IMG/VR virus record: IMGVR_UViG_3300049988_000375
Coordinates: 1-64,000 of that record
Length of the DNA stretch: 64,000 nucleotides
Origin: a virus
Taxonomy: Duplodnaviria; Caudoviricetes
Reading direction: 5' to 3' (one strand)
A model generated the notes under the pieces. It saw only the letters and a list, made by a program, of their open reading frames with translations. It made no database searches and was not told the DNA's origin. Of the stretch, positions 50,001-58,532 are shown piece by piece. The position numbers and the translations under genes are program-made. The first letter of the stretch is position 1, and every line of letters starts with the position of its first letter.

Positions 50001-50007
50001 GGAATAG
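44038..50007 (+). CDS. Giant internal virion/ejection protein (~1990 aa)
   Basis: Frame open from 43933; TTG 44038 is a plausible start; Ala-rich helical; no RNAP catalytic motif seen. Confidence 0.7.
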   Translation: MDSNAQPTEELAPEQTAPTPPTSRLQTAYGLLKKQDVKVPDSYEEFERGMVDKPERLKALYDHFKKSDIQVPDDYGQFEAGMLEGVKKKAHSAPGGLPSAATAPTSSPAVSGQGTNPAQMQAALGIDPADVAQPAPEPTPDVAMAAEAAGLESAQPFAPGSAAAPLAQNLPNLATGEAAVQGGRLPATEEMDYLNGLPAAEDKGVRPDGSEYTPTPYGKELVAIPNDYTGAVPAGAFPLNLSGEGDRTQYFYRDKAKTVDGKEQSYGDALKGKLKNALYSMGQGVVEGTQAAVNTVGMASTAASGLPLAAAPRTELGTEASAAIERNKTKIAPYYNQSFRQHKNWETLGMTAADYAPMVIAQVAQTLAPELRAPAALQKALAFASTTAFDADMYHAAREHAKQVFPNDPAKADLYTLFEGTLTVAGFKVGSKLMTEVGDKLAYKLSPFSLKRAVATGAAERLSQLEAQLGRRATDAEYQQVLHESLRAALPKLAQLPKESFQQAGTFGGVAAAQTIGNQIVAPALGGQADDLGPDGMGFFSKVGEGMLAGAGMGALTGAVGAVLPAGTRPAPAQEPIAGEPELAPTPEAPAELTPSQEVPTAEVAPPTAPDPSVVDVTDQVPEPIQAVAPEEALPITEPVASEQVPESALAEPEGGQGNTVEAGPELGQKERQHPLRYDEQTQAGLRPEERYYTPRARIQNAEEANAFIDEHGLENAYKFVMAGERDTAAGEPIHAAVLDEVRGQTRQRLLDASLAADKVGDTAESTRLLQQSLDVLGKRAIARTETAQALAQVEGDITKNPDKALDDYAASIPATKEKVRKQNRQKAQAADKEATTKRKAKVDAALADADVQDAAERVTEWAVTGQKPAKKGGAKPAESTPADPPTWGSKNKLFTKESAAKAKAALKNLGLSTIIPPELIHFMGYHMEAGARSFADVSKRVVRDLGAKVKPLLKEAYEAAKKELVAKGDSGKGFDGPDAVEAALRASLADDLAGRIVSEVKPKVPGVFDPAQELLETLTKKVRETLPPNKPKPKDAREAIVHALQNKAEYADVFEQSKAEVEARIEKMSATDAEKAKMREQLRAYQADTIGDPFAARQVDATMRQAMKELGLKLEKLVRQHADVREAGRRSLVDALVEGAGLTPAQAAEYAEAVSNRYAVQTQAKAQSLAGRILAPAKAKLPGGKIRSVVDKLTEALDISDATHTGPDSDTVSPAGALLEKMAGIPEVTVEDVKAFRKLAERVRKASQPKGVTIKGKQVQVIDTKAQQAAVADLLRYGAAKMGKVNWWAKTRAMQYAFRLSGLDTQGRNLKANVLHTVAEQGLITPLYNAIKNRSVYGASGGATGYAKGQGQGVAEAAYTIKTGYTGEKQDKFGDNSPLETMGGFWGKWKYVSRAMIAGDQLTSIPTENSRTFEVAVQKGFELAREKAAASGQKLKGRALRDAAWAEANEILYNTKEALADIDYILEQEGLPEITAAQVRAGQHTVGEYNQRAVQRNVRKADLLRQARAAENPDLVKDAQDYARIQTLNGDVPGQIGRVLDAAASIGRDNPVADAVLTNVMPFLKIPANSLLRKLEWGGGPVTLLKAALGRTSLTMAVKEGSKYSRELTPDERGKLALRGALSTVAWAGLYGLIHNGTISISGPASGKNDEDLLQPPMTIKIGDSVYGYKDTNIEYPLVIAAALQAHLRKKTKQGGDPSLAQLASVAALHSAAYMVTTGPINGPADMGNVLIQANQGNYASAGNYFKRFLVTSAKTGTLPAVLIQGMQAARDYTATYKEWASAGQQSTDWQGAAVRERKSNSLADELKVSFFGSIPYFDIGEDKINFAGQPIVINRSGETIWQDEQTKRLAQTLVALGLMPPRQAPTDDKLVLFDPVSGDRVTPLSDAEFKQYAVLRGQAFVEYLTRQPEGEGGKTLLSQIKEAPTRAIAERLRDKALDAATTNALRTIEQQRGGGVTFKLSKQLKQASDAAGFQQAKQQLDEKLATE

Positions 50008-50018
50008 AGCAGGGCAAA

Positions 50019-50807
50019 TTAAACCTTGCGAGCGCGAGGTGGCACAAACGCCACCTCGCCCTTCACTCGTTGATGTGCGCTATAAAATTTGGCGAGTGTC
50101 GTGCCCTTGGGCAAAAGCAACATTATCTGCGGTTGTGAAAGGACGGTTAGTTTGTGGCCCAACTCACGGAATAACTTGATTTTCTCAGCCGACCTATCCG
50201 ATAAATGCCCCTTTACCTCAACCCACTCGTCGGTTTCGGGCAAATAAAAGTCGGGCGTATATCGCAGGGATGGGGTGAGGCAAAACAACTTAGGCTCATA
50301 CATGAACGCTATGCCTGATGCCTGCAAATGCTCAAGATAGATTAACTCAAAGCCAGAGCGAAGCTGCACGGGCTGGTCGCCAATGGTCACGCGCCAACGC
50401 GACTGGCTAGCCCCTTTTGAGTTACGCCCACAGGTTAATGCCCCCGTACGGCTTGATGTTTCATTTTTCCAGCACCCGCACGATTTGGTATTGCCACTGC
50501 GAACGTCTCTAGGCAACGCCATTATCTCGCCGCCACATTCACAGCGAAACTTGCGCATGGTCCCGCTCGCCATATTGTCGATGCACACTAGTCGATTGGC
50601 AGCTAAGCCGGTAAAATCTTCGCGCTTCAAGGCCCTAATCGCATTGCCATGCTCACAGCCGCAACTCTTTTGGCGGCCATTGGGCAGCTTATTCCTCGCT
50701 ATCAGCTTCTCGTTGCCGCAGGTGCAGCGGCAAAGACACTTGGGCCGAGTGTCGCCAATAACAGTAAGTCGCCCAAAGGTCATGCCTAGCAGATTGATTC
50801 GTTCCAT
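50019..50807 (-). CDS. Free-standing PD-(D/E)XK endonuclease, paralogue of 40885..41976
   Basis: FGRLTV...CRCTCGN...SCGC x2 plus LRSGFE...YTPDFYLP...VEVKG. Confidence 0.85.
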   Translation of the reverse strand: MERINLLGMTFGRLTVIGDTRPKCLCRCTCGNEKLIARNKLPNGRQKSCGCEHGNAIRALKREDFTGLAANRLVCIDNMASGTMRKFRCECGGEIMALPRDVRSGNTKSCGCWKNETSSRTGALTCGRNSKGASQSRWRVTIGDQPVQLRSGFELIYLEHLQASGIAFMYEPKLFCLTPSLRYTPDFYLPETDEWVEVKGHLSDRSAEKIKLFRELGHKLTVLSQPQIMLLLPKGTTLAKFYSAHQRVKGEVAFVPPRARKV

Positions 50808-50906
50808 GCCCTTCTAGCGAGTGATTAGTTCCTAGCGTAAATATACGCAATAAATACTACAGTTCAGAAGTGGTTGCAGGTTGATTAGGCACAATCCCGT
50901 GTCCGC

Positions 50907-50981
50907 CCTGCAATTTCCCGAGTGTCGCGCCTGCTATTGCTGCGAATGTCTGTGATTGTTCGGGAATTTGCAGTAACTTGC
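50907..50981 (+). promoter_or_regulatory. Three-box promoter E
   Basis: Boxes at 50907 and 50939; TAACTTGC at 50974; 34 nt (50960-50993) identical to promoter C (24729-24762). Confidence 0.8.
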
Positions 50982-51014
50982 AAAAAGCAAACCCCCTTCC
51001 GACCCCCGTTCTGC

Positions 51015-51320
51015 ATGACTGCTTCCTACGCCCCCGATACCGCCATTCGAGAATACCAGGCCAGCCTCGCAAAGCCCGATGAGACCCCGGCTGCCCTGCT
51101 CGATACCTACGTGCTGCAAGATGAGCCGGCGAACTGGAACCGGGTGCTGAACATGGGGGCCGGCAAGGGTGGTTTGCGCGTGTACGCGACGCCTCACCTG
51201 CAAACGGCCAAGTCCTGGCTACTGAACCCGGTGGGCCACAAGCCGCACGGCGACACCATCTACACGGTCAGCGAGCAGCTCGACCGCGTGAGCGACGAAC
51301 TCCAAAAACGCCCCGCCTAG
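51015..51320 (+). CDS. Hypothetical protein
   Basis: 101 aa, first gene after promoter E. Confidence 0.65.
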   Translation: MTASYAPDTAIREYQASLAKPDETPAALLDTYVLQDEPANWNRVLNMGAGKGGLRVYATPHLQTAKSWLLNPVGHKPHGDTIYTVSEQLDRVSDELQKRPA

Positions 51321-51321
51321 C

Positions 51322-52035
51322 TTGCCCGCCACACCCCTCTACGCCGATTTGCCTGCCCGCCTCGCCGCGCTCGATGCCCAAGAGGGCAGCGCCTACCTGC
51401 GTCATGCGCGGGGCTATGCGGGCGCTGACACGGCCTTCCTCAAGCTATTCACGCTGCGCTACGAGCTGCGGGCGGCGCTAGCTGAGCAGAACCCCGCCTT
51501 CGCGGCTACGCTCCTGCCAGTCAGCGGGGCTAGCGCCCCAGCGGGGGTGGGCCTCCCGCTTTTGCCGGCGGGCATTCTGTTGCGCGTGGATGCCGAGCGG
51601 GCTGGCTATGTGACCATCACCCTTGACGTAGCAGGGCCAGCGGCCCTTATCGTCACGCCCCCGGTGGGGCCAGCGTTTGCCGTTGCGCTCGCCGCCGCCC
51701 CCACGCGCCAAACTGCCGCCTTCAAGGCGCCGCTCGACGGGGTGTACGCCCTGCATCTTGCCGCGCAGGGTGCCTCGCTAGGCACCGTCTACGTAGTAGT
51801 GTCGCGCCGCGAGTACGCCTTGTTTCGCGAGCTAAGCCGTGCCCTGGCCTTTGGCTTTCGACCCTCCCCGCCCCGGCCGAGCGACGATTATTTGGAAATG
51901 CTGGCCTGCCTCGTGTTTGCCGAGGCCTCGGCTCAAGTCGGCAACCCCACCCGCGCCACGCAGATGCTCGCCGCCGCCCGCGCTGTGACTCAGGCCGAAA
52001 CGCCCGTGGGCATTTACCCTTATCCAAATGAGTAA
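51322..52035 (+). CDS. Hypothetical tail-associated protein
   Basis: 237 aa, TTG start. Confidence 0.6.
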   Translation: MPATPLYADLPARLAALDAQEGSAYLRHARGYAGADTAFLKLFTLRYELRAALAEQNPAFAATLLPVSGASAPAGVGLPLLPAGILLRVDAERAGYVTITLDVAGPAALIVTPPVGPAFAVALAAAPTRQTAAFKAPLDGVYALHLAAQGASLGTVYVVVSRREYALFRELSRALAFGFRPSPPRPSDDYLEMLACLVFAEASAQVGNPTRATQMLAAARAVTQAETPVGIYPYPNE

Positions 52036-52411
52036 CTACGCCTCGGTTTACGATGCCGCTCAGGTGCGACTTGACCAGTTCGCCGCTGAGTACCAGCGCT
52101 TAAAATCTGAGGTACTGCCCTATATGCGCCCCGTGCGCCAAGCCATAGACCTGCGCTTGGGCTTGGAGCGCGCCGCCAAGCTGCCCGCTGGCGCCGACCA
52201 GGATACCGTGCTGGGCTACCTCATTGAAACCTACGGCCTGCTGGCTGTGGGTGCCGACCCCTTCCTGCGCGCCCAGCTCCCCTTGGTGCCTACGCAGGGC
52301 GCCACCATACGCCGCCGGGTGCTGGCTGGCAACGGCAAGGCAATGCTTCTCTCGCGCAAACTCGTGCCAACCGGGGCGCGCCTAGTACCTAATCCGCCCC
52401 CAACTATCTAA
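52028..52411 (+). CDS. Hypothetical tail-associated protein
   Basis: 127 aa, coupled. Confidence 0.65.
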   Translation: MSNYASVYDAAQVRLDQFAAEYQRLKSEVLPYMRPVRQAIDLRLGLERAAKLPAGADQDTVLGYLIETYGLLAVGADPFLRAQLPLVPTQGATIRRRVLAGNGKAMLLSRKLVPTGARLVPNPPPTI

Positions 52412-54006
52412 TGGCTGACCAGCTAGACCTAACCTCCGAGGACTTGCAATCGCTCTGCGATTATCCCGTCCTTGCCCCAGAATACGCACTCCCCGAGGGG
52501 AGCGGTATTCCCATTTCCGAGCCCCGAGAAAGCCCCGACATAGAGCCGGCCGTGTGGTTTATGCCACTTGAGCAGCTTAAAATTCGACTTACCCCACCTG
52601 TTGCCTCGGGTAGCGCCCCGCAGGTAGCGCTTGCGCCCGTAACCAGCGCGACCGTAGGCACGCAACTAAACTTGTCCGCTACGGCCACTTCGGCTACGAG
52701 TACCATTGTTAGGGTGGAGTTCTTCGTGGGCAGTCAGTTGGTGGGCACCTCCACCACCGCGCCCTATGCCGCCTCGTACACGCCCCCGGCGCCCGGTACG
52801 ATTTACGTGGGCGTTAAGGCTACTGACGCTACCGGCCAATCGACCTCGGCCACGCAGCCCGCAGTAGTGAACGTGAGCGGCACGGCGACCAATCTGCCCC
52901 CGCTGGTATCGCTGAGCGCTACGCCCTCGCCCGCCACGGCCGGCCAGCCAGTTACGCTCAATGCCACGGCCTCCGACCCCGATGGTACTGTGCAGACGGT
53001 GCAGCTTTACAACAGCGGCATCTTGCTCGCTACCCTCTCGGCCGCGCCCTACGTGTACTCGTTCATTCCCTCCACCGCCGCGACGCTGGTGCTCTCCGCT
53101 AAGGCTACGGACAACGGGGGTACTTCTACGGTAGCATCCGTGCAGTTGGTCGTTAGCCCCGCCCCCGTTGCCACTGTCACGCCAGACCCGCCCACGCAAA
53201 CCTCTAACGACGACACCAACACCCAAGACTTTGACTCGCCCTACGGCAAGTCGGCGCTGCTGGTGAAGATTGGTACGGGTGGGTTCGGTGCTTACGCTGG
53301 ACCCTACGCCGTGGGCAATGTGAACCGGCCAGAAGGCTATTTTCAAGCCAAGGTGCGGGCTGATACAGGCCGGGCAGAAAGCACGATAACCAACTCCCCC
53401 GCCTATACTGCCATCGTCGCGCCGGGTGCGCCCACCGGCCTCGCCGCCACGGCCGGCGACGGGCAGGTAACGCTTAGCTGGACGCCGCCCAGCTCCAACG
53501 GTGGGGCCGCGATTACCAGCTACAATGTGTACCTGGCTGGGGGTACTACGGCCCTCAAAGCCAGCTCGGGCACGCAGGCGGTGGTAACGGCTGCCAATGG
53601 TACGGCCGTGTCGTACCAGGTGAGCGCCGTGAACAGCGCGGGCGAAGGCGCCAAGTCGGTTGCCAGCGACCCGGTAACGCCTATGGCGGCAGTCGTAGCC
53701 CCGCCCACCTTCGCCAAGGTGCTGAACCCTGGCGACAACACAGCGACCCTGACGTGGGGCGGCAACGCGGGCGTTCAACTCAACTACAACGACCCGGTGC
53801 AGGCCACGGCCTCGGCGCCAGGCTCGGGCGCCATGATTGTGTGCTTCCCTGACCTGAATACGCAAATCGGGCAGCTAGACTTCGACCCCGCCGACGCGGG
53901 TAAGCCCTGTGGCGTGACTATCAGCGGCACGCTGTACTACAAAAATTCCGCCTCGGGCACCGAGCAGACCCTGGCCTTCACGGACGGTAAAGTTCTCCTT
54001 AGCTAG
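52411..54006 (+). CDS. Virion protein with two bacterial Ig-like domains and an FN3 domain
   Basis: VRVEFFVG...TAPY...ATDATG and ASDPDGTVQTVQLY...ATDNGG; PGAPTGLAATAGDGQVTLSWTPP...NGGAAITSY. Confidence 0.85.
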   Translation: MADQLDLTSEDLQSLCDYPVLAPEYALPEGSGIPISEPRESPDIEPAVWFMPLEQLKIRLTPPVASGSAPQVALAPVTSATVGTQLNLSATATSATSTIVRVEFFVGSQLVGTSTTAPYAASYTPPAPGTIYVGVKATDATGQSTSATQPAVVNVSGTATNLPPLVSLSATPSPATAGQPVTLNATASDPDGTVQTVQLYNSGILLATLSAAPYVYSFIPSTAATLVLSAKATDNGGTSTVASVQLVVSPAPVATVTPDPPTQTSNDDTNTQDFDSPYGKSALLVKIGTGGFGAYAGPYAVGNVNRPEGYFQAKVRADTGRAESTITNSPAYTAIVAPGAPTGLAATAGDGQVTLSWTPPSSNGGAAITSYNVYLAGGTTALKASSGTQAVVTAANGTAVSYQVSAVNSAGEGAKSVASDPVTPMAAVVAPPTFAKVLNPGDNTATLTWGGNAGVQLNYNDPVQATASAPGSGAMIVCFPDLNTQIGQLDFDPADAGKPCGVTISGTLYYKNSASGTEQTLAFTDGKVLLS

Positions 54007-54007
54007 T

Positions 54008-54541
54008 ATGCCTCTAATCACCATCACGACGGGCCAGAACCCGCTTATTTACACGGGGGTAAATCCGCTAACCCTCTCCACCGCCCCGTGGTACACCTCT
54101 GCCAACATCAGTAAGGTGTTCGCGGTCAGCCCGAACGGGCTAGGCTACGCGAGCGGGCAGCCGGGCAGCCAGTTTGGGGTAACCACCCTCACGGCGGCGG
54201 CAGCCAACACGAAACCCACGGGTTTTATCCTCGTGGCGAAGCAGCCCTTCACCGTGGATGGCACGCAGTTCGGCATTGAAATAGTCGCGCTGCAAGCCAA
54301 CTTCCCGGTCGGTCAGACTTCGCAGGCCACCATGCGCATCACGGCTGCCACGGCCGGGGTGTATAACCTGGGCACCTCCACGGGCGCGGGCATTACGCTC
54401 GCCGGCCTCAGTGGCCTCGCCTACACGCGGGCGGGGCAGGCGCTCACGGGTGCCACGACGCTGGCCGCAAACGATGTGGTCGTAGTAACCGCCACCGCTG
54501 GCAGCACCACCGACGGCCTGCTCACCTTAACCAAGCAATAG
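54008..54541 (+). CDS. Tail appendage/adaptor protein
   Basis: 177 aa, Thr/Gly-rich; N-terminus similar to 57396 protein. Confidence 0.65.
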   Translation: MPLITITTGQNPLIYTGVNPLTLSTAPWYTSANISKVFAVSPNGLGYASGQPGSQFGVTTLTAAAANTKPTGFILVAKQPFTVDGTQFGIEIVALQANFPVGQTSQATMRITAATAGVYNLGTSTGAGITLAGLSGLAYTRAGQALTGATTLAANDVVVVTATAGSTTDGLLTLTKQ

Positions 54542-54547
54542 AACAGG

Positions 54548-57385
54548 ATGAGCCTTACGAGTTTCTTTCAGGCGGTCCCTGTCACCACGGCGCCCACGGT
54601 TTCGGGCTACCGCTACAAGAAGATGGGCCAGTCGCCCTCGGTAGGAGCGGCCCCCATCGACCCCAACCCCAGCAACGCGAACAGCGTGGCCTACAACCCG
54701 CTGGAAACGCTCTCGCAAGGGGCGCTCTCCCGCGTCACGCCTTCGCTGCTGCGCAAGTTTACCTACGTTCACATCTTCAACAAGGCGGTGCAAGCCTGGC
54801 AGCCCTACGAGGTGCGGGTGAACGCCCAAGGCTTTGACGGAAGTGAGTTGGGCGGGGGCTACGTACCCGGCTTCTGCTCGTTTCTGCCCTTTGCGCAGTG
54901 GTGGGAGCAGTTCATGCCCGGCAAGCACCTGTTCTTAGAAAAGGCGGGCGCCGTGGGCCAGAGCATCGACGTGTTCATGGCGAATTACGGCAATGGGCAG
55001 GACAACGTATTTCACCAGGTAGCTAACACGCTCTGGATTCCGGCCGAAAACCAACTGCCCGCCTACGCCGCCTCGCTCGGGGTGACGGATATGCAGGTGC
55101 TGGGCTACGAGTGGACGCACGGCGAGGCGGAGAACACCAACACCGTTAGTCAGTACAACGCCAAGCTCCAACAGCTTCTGCTTACGGACCTGGCGCCCTA
55201 CTGGCCGCGTACGGGCACCGATATACTGGTGATAACGCCCACCATCTACTCGCTGGCCGTAACGATTGCCAACGCGGTAAACGCGCAGAAAGCCATCTTC
55301 ATTGCCAATACGCCTCGGGCCGTGACGCACCCCACCGACCAGGTGACCTTGCTGCGCGACAACGTGCATTGGGGCAGCAATGGCATGTGGATGATTGGCT
55401 ACTACTACTTGCCCGAGGCGCTGGGCCTGTCGGCCGTGCGCGACAAGTATTTCTTCAAGAACTACGCGAAGGCTACAGGCACCACCGTAAACAAGTGGCT
55501 CGACACGGGCGGCGCCTACAACGACATTGTGGCCGTGCCCGGTCTAGTGCCCGCCCTCGTGACGGATAGCGCGAGCAATAACTTGGTTTTCACGGTTAGC
55601 AGCGGCTCGCGGGCTAAGCTCGTGGCTGCCACCTTCGGGGGCTTCCAGCAGGTGGACAACACCGAGAAAACCATCACCATTGCCGTGCAGCAGCCCGCCA
55701 CCACGGCGCCGCAGTTCTTGCTAGAGAACAACCGCTACTCGGTTTCCCCCGGCTTTAGCTCGGGCGCCGTGGGCAGCCTCAACGCCTATATCGGCGGGCA
55801 GCAGGACACCTCCAAGCTCACGGTGCTTACGCTAGAGCTGACGCGCACCAGCACCACCGACTCGGACGGGAAGGGCGTGCTGACGCTCTACCGCAACAAC
55901 CTGCTGGTGGCAAGCGGCCCGTGCTCGATGAGTCGCATCGACGGGGACGGGCTGGCCTTCCTGAGCCCCTTTAATGAAACCTATGCTAACCAGGCTTCGC
56001 AGGCTGGCACGTTCTTCGCGGCCTTCATTGCCTACCCTGGCGTGTCGGCAGCGCGGCGCAACGCCGAGTACAGCGACCTAACTACGCAGCTTCTTATCGG
56101 CAGCACCATGTCGCTGGCAACGCCCGCGCCAACGCCCACCGATGGCGAGCCGACCGGCCCTTACGCCGACGCCGTGCTGGCCCCGACCGAGACGGGCCTG
56201 ACGCTTAGCAATGGCGTGGTGCGGGCGCCCACCACTATTCAGACGACCTACGCCACGGGCCTGTTCACGGCATTTCTCGCTCCGAATATGTCGGGCGCCG
56301 TGTCCACGCAGTTTGTGGATGAAAGCTGCCTGGGCTCTACGCTGAGCCTAAACACCGACCCCAAGCGTGTGCTTACCGGCTACTCGTGGCAGGTTTCGCG
56401 TGACAGCGGCTCGGGCTACCAGGTGAACCCGGCTTACAACGGTGTTCCGGTCGGCACGCCCTTCCCTATTGAAATGGGCCTGCACACGCGGGGCGTTCGC
56501 ATTGGCGCTACTGGCGTGGTGCGCATTCAGAAAAGCACCGACAGCACGGGCACTAGTTGGGTGCCGGTATCGACCGCTGGCTTCCAATTCCAGCAGGAAA
56601 CCAAGGCGGCCCTCTACCCTGTGGTGGCGCTGGCAACGCCGGGGAATGTGCTCTACGGGCCGCGCTCGCAAAGCATGTCGCCCTCGACCATTCCGCTACC
56701 CAACAGCGGGTTGCTCACCCTCAACTCCCCGCTGTCGCCTTCGACCACGCGGGGCGGCTTCGCCAACTTCGGCACGGCGGGCATTTCCACGAGCGGCGGG
56801 TTTGCCATTAGCGGCTTTTTCAACCTGAGCCAACTACTGGAAAGCGACACTATCATTGGCTGTCAGGGTTTTGATGGCAGCCCCAACGAGGCGTTCCTGT
56901 TCGATGTGGTGAAAAGCAGCGGCAAGCTCTATACGCGGGTACGCACCACCAACGCCCAATATGCCGGCCCTGACGAGCCATCCCGCCCCGTGTTCCCGCT
57001 AGGCCAAGAGAATTTCGTGTTTATGGAAACCCTGCCCAGCGGCGGGCGGCTGTTTCTCAACGACATGAGCGAGGCGGCGGCTATCCCCTTCGCGGTACCG
57101 GGTACACTGCCGCAGGTAAGCACCGACTTTCTGATTGGCGCCGGCCGCAAGGACGATGGCACCCCCGCCTTTAGCATGATTGGCTCTGCTCGCGATGTAT
57201 CCTTTGCCATGCGTACGGCCTTTACCACCGAGCAGGAGCGCCTAGCCCTCAAGGCGGGCACGGCCTTGCTGAGCGGCACGACGCGCTTTAGCACCCTGCG
57301 CCGCCAGTACACCAACGACACGCTTTCACCCGACACCGTTTCTACAAGCAACCCGGTTATCATTCTCGACGGCGGCGGGCTCTAA
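54548..57385 (+). CDS. Tail protein with SGNH-like (CE6/sialate O-acetylesterase-type) esterase and LamG-like domains
   Basis: GQS, WTHGEAEN and DNVH blocks, followed by beta-sandwich segments. Confidence 0.75.
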   Translation: MSLTSFFQAVPVTTAPTVSGYRYKKMGQSPSVGAAPIDPNPSNANSVAYNPLETLSQGALSRVTPSLLRKFTYVHIFNKAVQAWQPYEVRVNAQGFDGSELGGGYVPGFCSFLPFAQWWEQFMPGKHLFLEKAGAVGQSIDVFMANYGNGQDNVFHQVANTLWIPAENQLPAYAASLGVTDMQVLGYEWTHGEAENTNTVSQYNAKLQQLLLTDLAPYWPRTGTDILVITPTIYSLAVTIANAVNAQKAIFIANTPRAVTHPTDQVTLLRDNVHWGSNGMWMIGYYYLPEALGLSAVRDKYFFKNYAKATGTTVNKWLDTGGAYNDIVAVPGLVPALVTDSASNNLVFTVSSGSRAKLVAATFGGFQQVDNTEKTITIAVQQPATTAPQFLLENNRYSVSPGFSSGAVGSLNAYIGGQQDTSKLTVLTLELTRTSTTDSDGKGVLTLYRNNLLVASGPCSMSRIDGDGLAFLSPFNETYANQASQAGTFFAAFIAYPGVSAARRNAEYSDLTTQLLIGSTMSLATPAPTPTDGEPTGPYADAVLAPTETGLTLSNGVVRAPTTIQTTYATGLFTAFLAPNMSGAVSTQFVDESCLGSTLSLNTDPKRVLTGYSWQVSRDSGSGYQVNPAYNGVPVGTPFPIEMGLHTRGVRIGATGVVRIQKSTDSTGTSWVPVSTAGFQFQQETKAALYPVVALATPGNVLYGPRSQSMSPSTIPLPNSGLLTLNSPLSPSTTRGGFANFGTAGISTSGGFAISGFFNLSQLLESDTIIGCQGFDGSPNEAFLFDVVKSSGKLYTRVRTTNAQYAGPDEPSRPVFPLGQENFVFMETLPSGGRLFLNDMSEAAAIPFAVPGTLPQVSTDFLIGAGRKDDGTPAFSMIGSARDVSFAMRTAFTTEQERLALKAGTALLSGTTRFSTLRRQYTNDTLSPDTVSTSNPVIILDGGGL

Positions 57386-57395
57386 TTAGCTAAGC

Positions 57396-58532
57396 ATGGG
57401 CTTCATTACGCGCCAGACGCAAATTATTTACTACCAAGGCAGCCCCGTTAGTATCGCCGGGGCTGCCTGGGCGGAGAACGTGGAGCGTGTGTACCACGTC
57501 AACGCCACGGGCGCGGGCTGGGTAAGCTACGTGCCGGGTAGTCAATATTCGCTGGTAAGTACCCTGCTACCCGGTGAGTTCTACGTTATCACCTCCCGCC
57601 TTGCCAATCCCAACTACGAGATTGTGGGCATTGACATTGGCCCCTCGGGTCCGGTGGTACTGCAAGTCGGGCTGGCGAACCTGAACTCCGACGTGACCAC
57701 GCTGCTAGCCTCTAAGGCTTCGGTTGCCGAGGTACAGCAGCTCGTAGTACAGCAGGTATTGCAAGCGGGCGGGCAGGTGGCGCTTACGCCATTCACCCCG
57801 GCCGCCGTGGCGGGTCAGGCCGTACTCTGGCTCGACGCGGGCGATGCCGCCTCCCTTACGCTCACCAACAACAACGTAACCGCCTGGCGCAATAAGGCGG
57901 GGGCGGGCAGCAACTTCACCCCGGTCGGCGGCCCGCCCACCTACGCCAGCGGACGGGTGCATTTTAACCGCTCCATTCTCAGCGGAGCGGGCAGCGCAGC
58001 GATAACCGGCGACTTCCTGGTGGCCGTGTTTGCGGCCGGCCTGGATTACAGCGCCGACAACGTGCTGTGTTGCAGCACCGACGAGGCGTTGGAGCTAGGC
58101 ACTACGGCGGGCGGCACCTACGGCTTCATCCGGCCGCAGTTCGACAAACAGGCTCGCAAGCCCGTGCCCGCCAGCAGCAGCGTGCGGTTGCACCTGTTTA
58201 GCTTCGAGAACCGCCGCAAGCGCCTGCGCGTGAGCATCGACGGTCAGTTGCCAGGGTACGAAACTTACAACTCCACCCTGCCGCAAACCCTGCCGCAAAA
58301 CAGCTACTCGGTGGGTGGGGTGGTGCAGGTGGGTACCGACAACAAGAATTGCGTGGGCAGCATCTGCGAGGTGGTGGTACTACCTGGCTTAGACATTGAC
58401 CTGCTGCGCAAGCTAGAAGGCTACGGCCGCGTGCGCTACGGCATCACCCTGCCCCCAACCCATGTGTACGCCACCCTCGACCCGGTGGCCGAGGATACGA
58501 CCCTGCCCGATTACAGCCCCCAGCTCGCCTAA
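57396..58532 (+). CDS. Tail protein with LamG/concanavalin-like domain
   Basis: LWLDAGD...VTAWRNKAG...GSICEVVV...KLEGY. Confidence 0.75.
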   Translation: MGFITRQTQIIYYQGSPVSIAGAAWAENVERVYHVNATGAGWVSYVPGSQYSLVSTLLPGEFYVITSRLANPNYEIVGIDIGPSGPVVLQVGLANLNSDVTTLLASKASVAEVQQLVVQQVLQAGGQVALTPFTPAAVAGQAVLWLDAGDAASLTLTNNNVTAWRNKAGAGSNFTPVGGPPTYASGRVHFNRSILSGAGSAAITGDFLVAVFAAGLDYSADNVLCCSTDEALELGTTAGGTYGFIRPQFDKQARKPVPASSSVRLHLFSFENRRKRLRVSIDGQLPGYETYNSTLPQTLPQNSYSVGGVVQVGTDNKNCVGSICEVVVLPGLDIDLLRKLEGYGRVRYGITLPPTHVYATLDPVAEDTTLPDYSPQLA

